Assembly (NCBI GenBank): GCA_030705725.1 | Contig: JAUZPW010000001.1 | Coordinates: 1 to 26,525, forward strand | Direction of reading: 5' to 3' | Length of the DNA: 26,525 bases | Source: Bacillota bacterium | Lineage (GTDB): Bacteria; Bacillota; Clostridia; Oscillospirales; Butyricicoccaceae | Shown here: one piece after another, positions 23,487-26,525 of the stretch | How the letters are laid out: each line of letters opens with the position of its first letter | Position numbering within the stretch: position 1 is the stretch's first letter | Translations under genes and position numbers: made by a program | Notes under the pieces: generated by a model | What the model was told of the DNA's origin: nothing | The model's database searches: none | The model's input: only the letters and a program-made list of their open reading frames with translations

Positions 23487-24950
23487 TCAGCCGGGCTTCG
23501 CTGCATCTTTTGCCAGATCCGCATCTGCGCTTTCGGCGACAAAATTCTGCGCCCAGTAGCCCGTTCTCAGCACCAGCACCCCTATAACGCTTTTTAATAT
23601 ATCGACCAGATAGCATATGGGGTATATGACGTAAATGTCGAGGCCTGAAAAATGGGTAATCGCAAACGTGTACGGCACGCAAACAACCCATGTGTATACG
23701 CTGTCAAACAGGAAGGTTACAAACGTTTTCCCTCCGGAACGCAGAGTAAAATAGCAGCAGTTTGTTGTGGCGTTGAACACCATATAAAAGGCGTTTGTAA
23801 TCATAAAAAGGGTCGCCATTCTGCGCACTTCGTCCGTCGTGTTGTAAATGTACGGAATAAAAGGCGCCAGCGCCGAAAGTATTGCCCCGACAACTAAACA
23901 TAAACAGATGCTGAAGAATATAAGCTTCCATACGTCTTCCTTCGCGCGCCTTATTTCCCCGGCCCCGAGAGCCTGCCCGATTATGACGGCGACTGCTGTA
24001 CCCATGGACAGATATACGACGTTAAAAAGATTTATAACAACGCTTGATATGTTTAGCCCGGCTACAACGTTTAGGCCGCATGTCGAGAATATTTGTGTCA
24101 GCGTTGTCACCCCGATAGACCACAGAAGCTCGTTTACCAGAAGAGGCGTTCCTTTTCTGAAGATATTGAGCGCGAGAGCGCGGGGCACATTCAGTGTGCG
24201 GTACATACCTGTAATAAACGGAAACCGTTCGGCGCTCCTGTGAGTATAAATAGCGATTATCGAGATTTCCACGTAACGCGATATTACCGTGGCGATGGCG
24301 GCGCCGACCACCCCAAGCATCGGGAACCCAAACTTGCCGTATATAAGGACATAGTTGAAGCAGAGATTTGTAAACACCGCGGCAAGACTTGCCTTCATCG
24401 GAAGCACAGCCTCGCCCATTTCGCGAAGCGTGCCGCTGTAAACCTGTGAAAGGGCGAAAGGCGGCAGTCCCCAGAGCATAACTTTAAGATAATCCCGGCC
24501 GTATCTTAGCATGGCGCCGGCGTCGGCCGTATTGCCCTTCCCGGTAAGGTACAGTGAAATAAGAGGTTTGCTGTATATCGTGAAAACCGTAACGGCGGCA
24601 GCCAGCACGACGGCCGCCGTAATAAGCTTAAAGCGGAAGGTGCTGCGCAGGCCTTCGTTGTCCCCGGCGCCGTAGAACTGCGCGCCGAAAATGCCCGGGC
24701 CGGAAAGCCCGCCGAATATTGTAAGGTTAAAGACAAAAATAAGCTGGTTCGCTATGGCCACACCGGACATCTGCACCGTGCCTACCTGCCCGACCATAAC
24801 GTTGTCAAGCAGATTTACGAAGTTTGATATAACGTTCTGCACGACGATCGGCACAACGAGCATAAGCACGGTTTTGTAAAAGACGCGGTCGCCTATAAAA
24901 ATGCGCCGGAATCTGCCCGTGGCATTTGTCGGCGCGGATAAATCATTCAT
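23487..24950 (-). CDS. MATE-family efflux transporter
   Basis: PIVVQNVISNFVNLLDNVMVGQVG, QFYGAGD, NLCFNYVLIYGKFGFPMLGVVGAAIATVISR, IGQALGAG, LRSGG; RBS GGAGG. Confidence 0.92.
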   Translation of the reverse strand: MNDLSAPTNATGRFRRIFIGDRVFYKTVLMLVVPIVVQNVISNFVNLLDNVMVGQVGTVQMSGVAIANQLIFVFNLTIFGGLSGPGIFGAQFYGAGDNEGLRSTFRFKLITAAVVLAAAVTVFTIYSKPLISLYLTGKGNTADAGAMLRYGRDYLKVMLWGLPPFALSQVYSGTLREMGEAVLPMKASLAAVFTNLCFNYVLIYGKFGFPMLGVVGAAIATVISRYVEISIIAIYTHRSAERFPFITGMYRTLNVPRALALNIFRKGTPLLVNELLWSIGVTTLTQIFSTCGLNVVAGLNISSVVINLFNVVYLSMGTAVAVIIGQALGAGEIRRAKEDVWKLIFFSICLCLVVGAILSALAPFIPYIYNTTDEVRRMATLFMITNAFYMVFNATTNCCYFTLRSGGKTFVTFLFDSVYTWVVCVPYTFAITHFSGLDIYVIYPICYLVDILKSVIGVLVLRTGYWAQNFVAESADADLAKDAAKPG

Positions 24951-24989
24951 TGTGTTTCCTCCGTATCGGCTTTACGCGGGTATCCTATG

Positions 24990-25018
24990 ATTGTAGCATA
25001 CGGCATAAGATATGTCCA
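24990..25018 (-). promoter_or_regulatory. Putative sigma-A promoter for the MATE gene
   Basis: Minus strand TGGACA (25018-25013), 17 nt, TG-c-TACAAT (24998-24990). Confidence 0.55.
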
Positions 25019-25117
25019 GTTTCAAACATTTATGGGTGAAATTTGTATTTATATAAAATAAAATCGCTTTCTCAATATTAGCGCCAGTCTCTTTTGACTA
25101 ATCGAATCGGATCGTTC

Positions 25118-26515
25118 CTAAAGCCACGCCTTCCGCAGCCTTTCAGTCGCTTCATATATTTCTTTTTCCCTCAGCGCCGCGAAGCCCAATAATAAAGACG
25201 TATTCCCGTCTTTCGGCGCGTCGCCGAAATAATACTGCGAAATGCCGTAAACCCTAACTCCGTTATTGCGGGCGGACAAAATAAGCTCCTCCTCGCTCAT
25301 CCCGTTGTCAACCGTCAGAATTAAGTGCAAACCGGCGTTCGCTCCCTTGACGGCAGAATTCGGCAGCGCGTTTTTCAAAGCTTTTATAAGCGTTTCTCTT
25401 TTCTGCTTGTAAATGTTCCTCATTCGGTTTAGGTGCCTCTCAAAATAGCCCCCGCTTATAAACCGGTAAAGGGCTTTTTGCTCGACGGCCGGAACCGGGC
25501 AGATATAAAAGCTCAGCTTTTCCCTGTAAAGCTCCATCAGCTTCTCAGGCAAAACCATATAGCTTATTCTGATTGCGGGCGTAAGGGATTTTGAAAAAGC
25601 GCCCATGTAAATTACCTTTCCTCCTCCGTTAAGTCCCTGCATGGAAGGAACCGGCCTCCCGCCGTACTTAAATTCGCTGTCGTAATCATCTTCGATAATA
25701 TAACGCCCGGCCTTTTCGTTCGCCCAGTTTAACAGCTGAATGCGCCGGCTGACGGGCATAATAAGTCCCGTCGGGAACTGATGAGAGGGCGTAACGCACG
25801 CAATGTCGGCGCGGCTTTTAAACAGCTTTTCCGGGATCATTCCGGCTTCGTCCAGGTCGACGGCTTTATATTCCGCCCGATTGCTTTTAAAAATAAGGTT
25901 AAGCTTTTCGTAACCGGGGTTTTCAATGGCAAAAACGCTGCCGTCGTCAAACAGCTGAATCAGAAGCAGCAGTAAAAACTCGGTTCCCGAGCTGACGATA
26001 ATCTGCCCGGGAGAACAGTTTACTCCCCTCGAATTGTGCAGATATTCCGATATGGCTACGCGAAGGTTTAGCTCGCCCTGTGTTCCTCCGGCTTTCAGTA
26101 AATCCGCGTCGTATTCGCTTATAACGTCTTTTAAGATTTTTCTCCATGTTGCAAACGGAAAATTGTCTAAGTCCACCCCGTGATGCGAAAAATCGTACTT
26201 ATATGAAAAACCGGAGCCGGAATTGTCAGGCTTTAAGCTTAATTCGTTTTTAATATTGAAAATTCCTTCAAGCCTGCATACATAATACCCGCTTCTGGGC
26301 TTAGCCGATATGTAGCCTTCCGCCGTGAGCTGATTATAGGCAGCCTGAACAGTGTTCTGGCTGCACTGCAGATGCGCTGCAAGCCTCCTTTTTGACGGAA
26401 GCCTTAAATCCGGCTTATACCTTCCTTCGGTTATTTCCTGCTTTATGTATTTGTAAATCTGTTCGTAAAGCGGTTCCGAAGCCTCCGGGCAAAGCCTTAT
26501 CGTTATAGTGTTCAT
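25118..26515 (-). CDS. MocR/GabR-family PLP-dependent transcriptional regulator (GntR wHTH + aminotransferase domain)
   Basis: LYEQIY...LPSKRRLA...SQNTVQAAYNQLTAEGYI; IENPGY, TPSHQFPTG, IIEDDYDSEF, AFSKS (PLP Lys). The RBS lies beyond the window edge. Confidence 0.9.
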   Translation of the reverse strand: MNTITIRLCPEASEPLYEQIYKYIKQEITEGRYKPDLRLPSKRRLAAHLQCSQNTVQAAYNQLTAEGYISAKPRSGYYVCRLEGIFNIKNELSLKPDNSGSGFSYKYDFSHHGVDLDNFPFATWRKILKDVISEYDADLLKAGGTQGELNLRVAISEYLHNSRGVNCSPGQIIVSSGTEFLLLLLIQLFDDGSVFAIENPGYEKLNLIFKSNRAEYKAVDLDEAGMIPEKLFKSRADIACVTPSHQFPTGLIMPVSRRIQLLNWANEKAGRYIIEDDYDSEFKYGGRPVPSMQGLNGGGKVIYMGAFSKSLTPAIRISYMVLPEKLMELYREKLSFYICPVPAVEQKALYRFISGGYFERHLNRMRNIYKQKRETLIKALKNALPNSAVKGANAGLHLILTVDNGMSEEELILSARNNGVRVYGISQYYFGDAPKDGNTSLLLGFAALREKEIYEATERLRKAWL

Positions 26516-26525
26516 TATTAAAAGC

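Noticed and set aside
1-26525. CRISPR arrays, tRNA/rRNA genes, transposases, integrases, phage or defence genes
   Set aside because: No regularly spaced repeats or matching motifs were seen; nearly all the sequence is accounted for by metabolic, transport and regulatory genes.

Overview
Clostridia-like (Firmicutes) chromosomal window dominated by an anaerobic purine/urate catabolism locus. Left part: ssnA (runs off the left edge, absent from the ORF track) is divergent from an operon of a YheO-like PAS-HTH regulator, dpaL, ygeY, ygeW and carbamate kinase. Middle: a LysR gene is divergent from a double-cubane-cluster-protein (HGD-D/YjiM-like) gene, an ATP-dependent activase gene and a SufS-like PLP desulfurase gene. 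Right part, on the minus strand: a purine (guanine-type, C74) riboswitch precedes a BMP/nucleoside-type ABC transporter, guaD and xdhABC. Upstream of that, a tandem glycine riboswitch precedes a TRIC/UPF0126 transporter. The window ends with an MBL-fold hydrolase, a MATE transporter and a MocR-family regulator. The most notable observations are: (i) the DCCP/activase/desulfurase cassette embedded in the purine locus; (ii) a guanine riboswitch with apparent ON-switch architecture on a catabolic operon; (iii) a shared 37-bp tandem operator-like motif next to the ssnA/yheO and ABC-xdh promoters, with a single copy at a guaD promoter; (iv) possible read-through from the glycine-riboswitch unit into the purine operon. 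No CRISPR array, tRNA, rRNA or transposase was seen. All assignments come from motif reading and recall of families; no database search was run.
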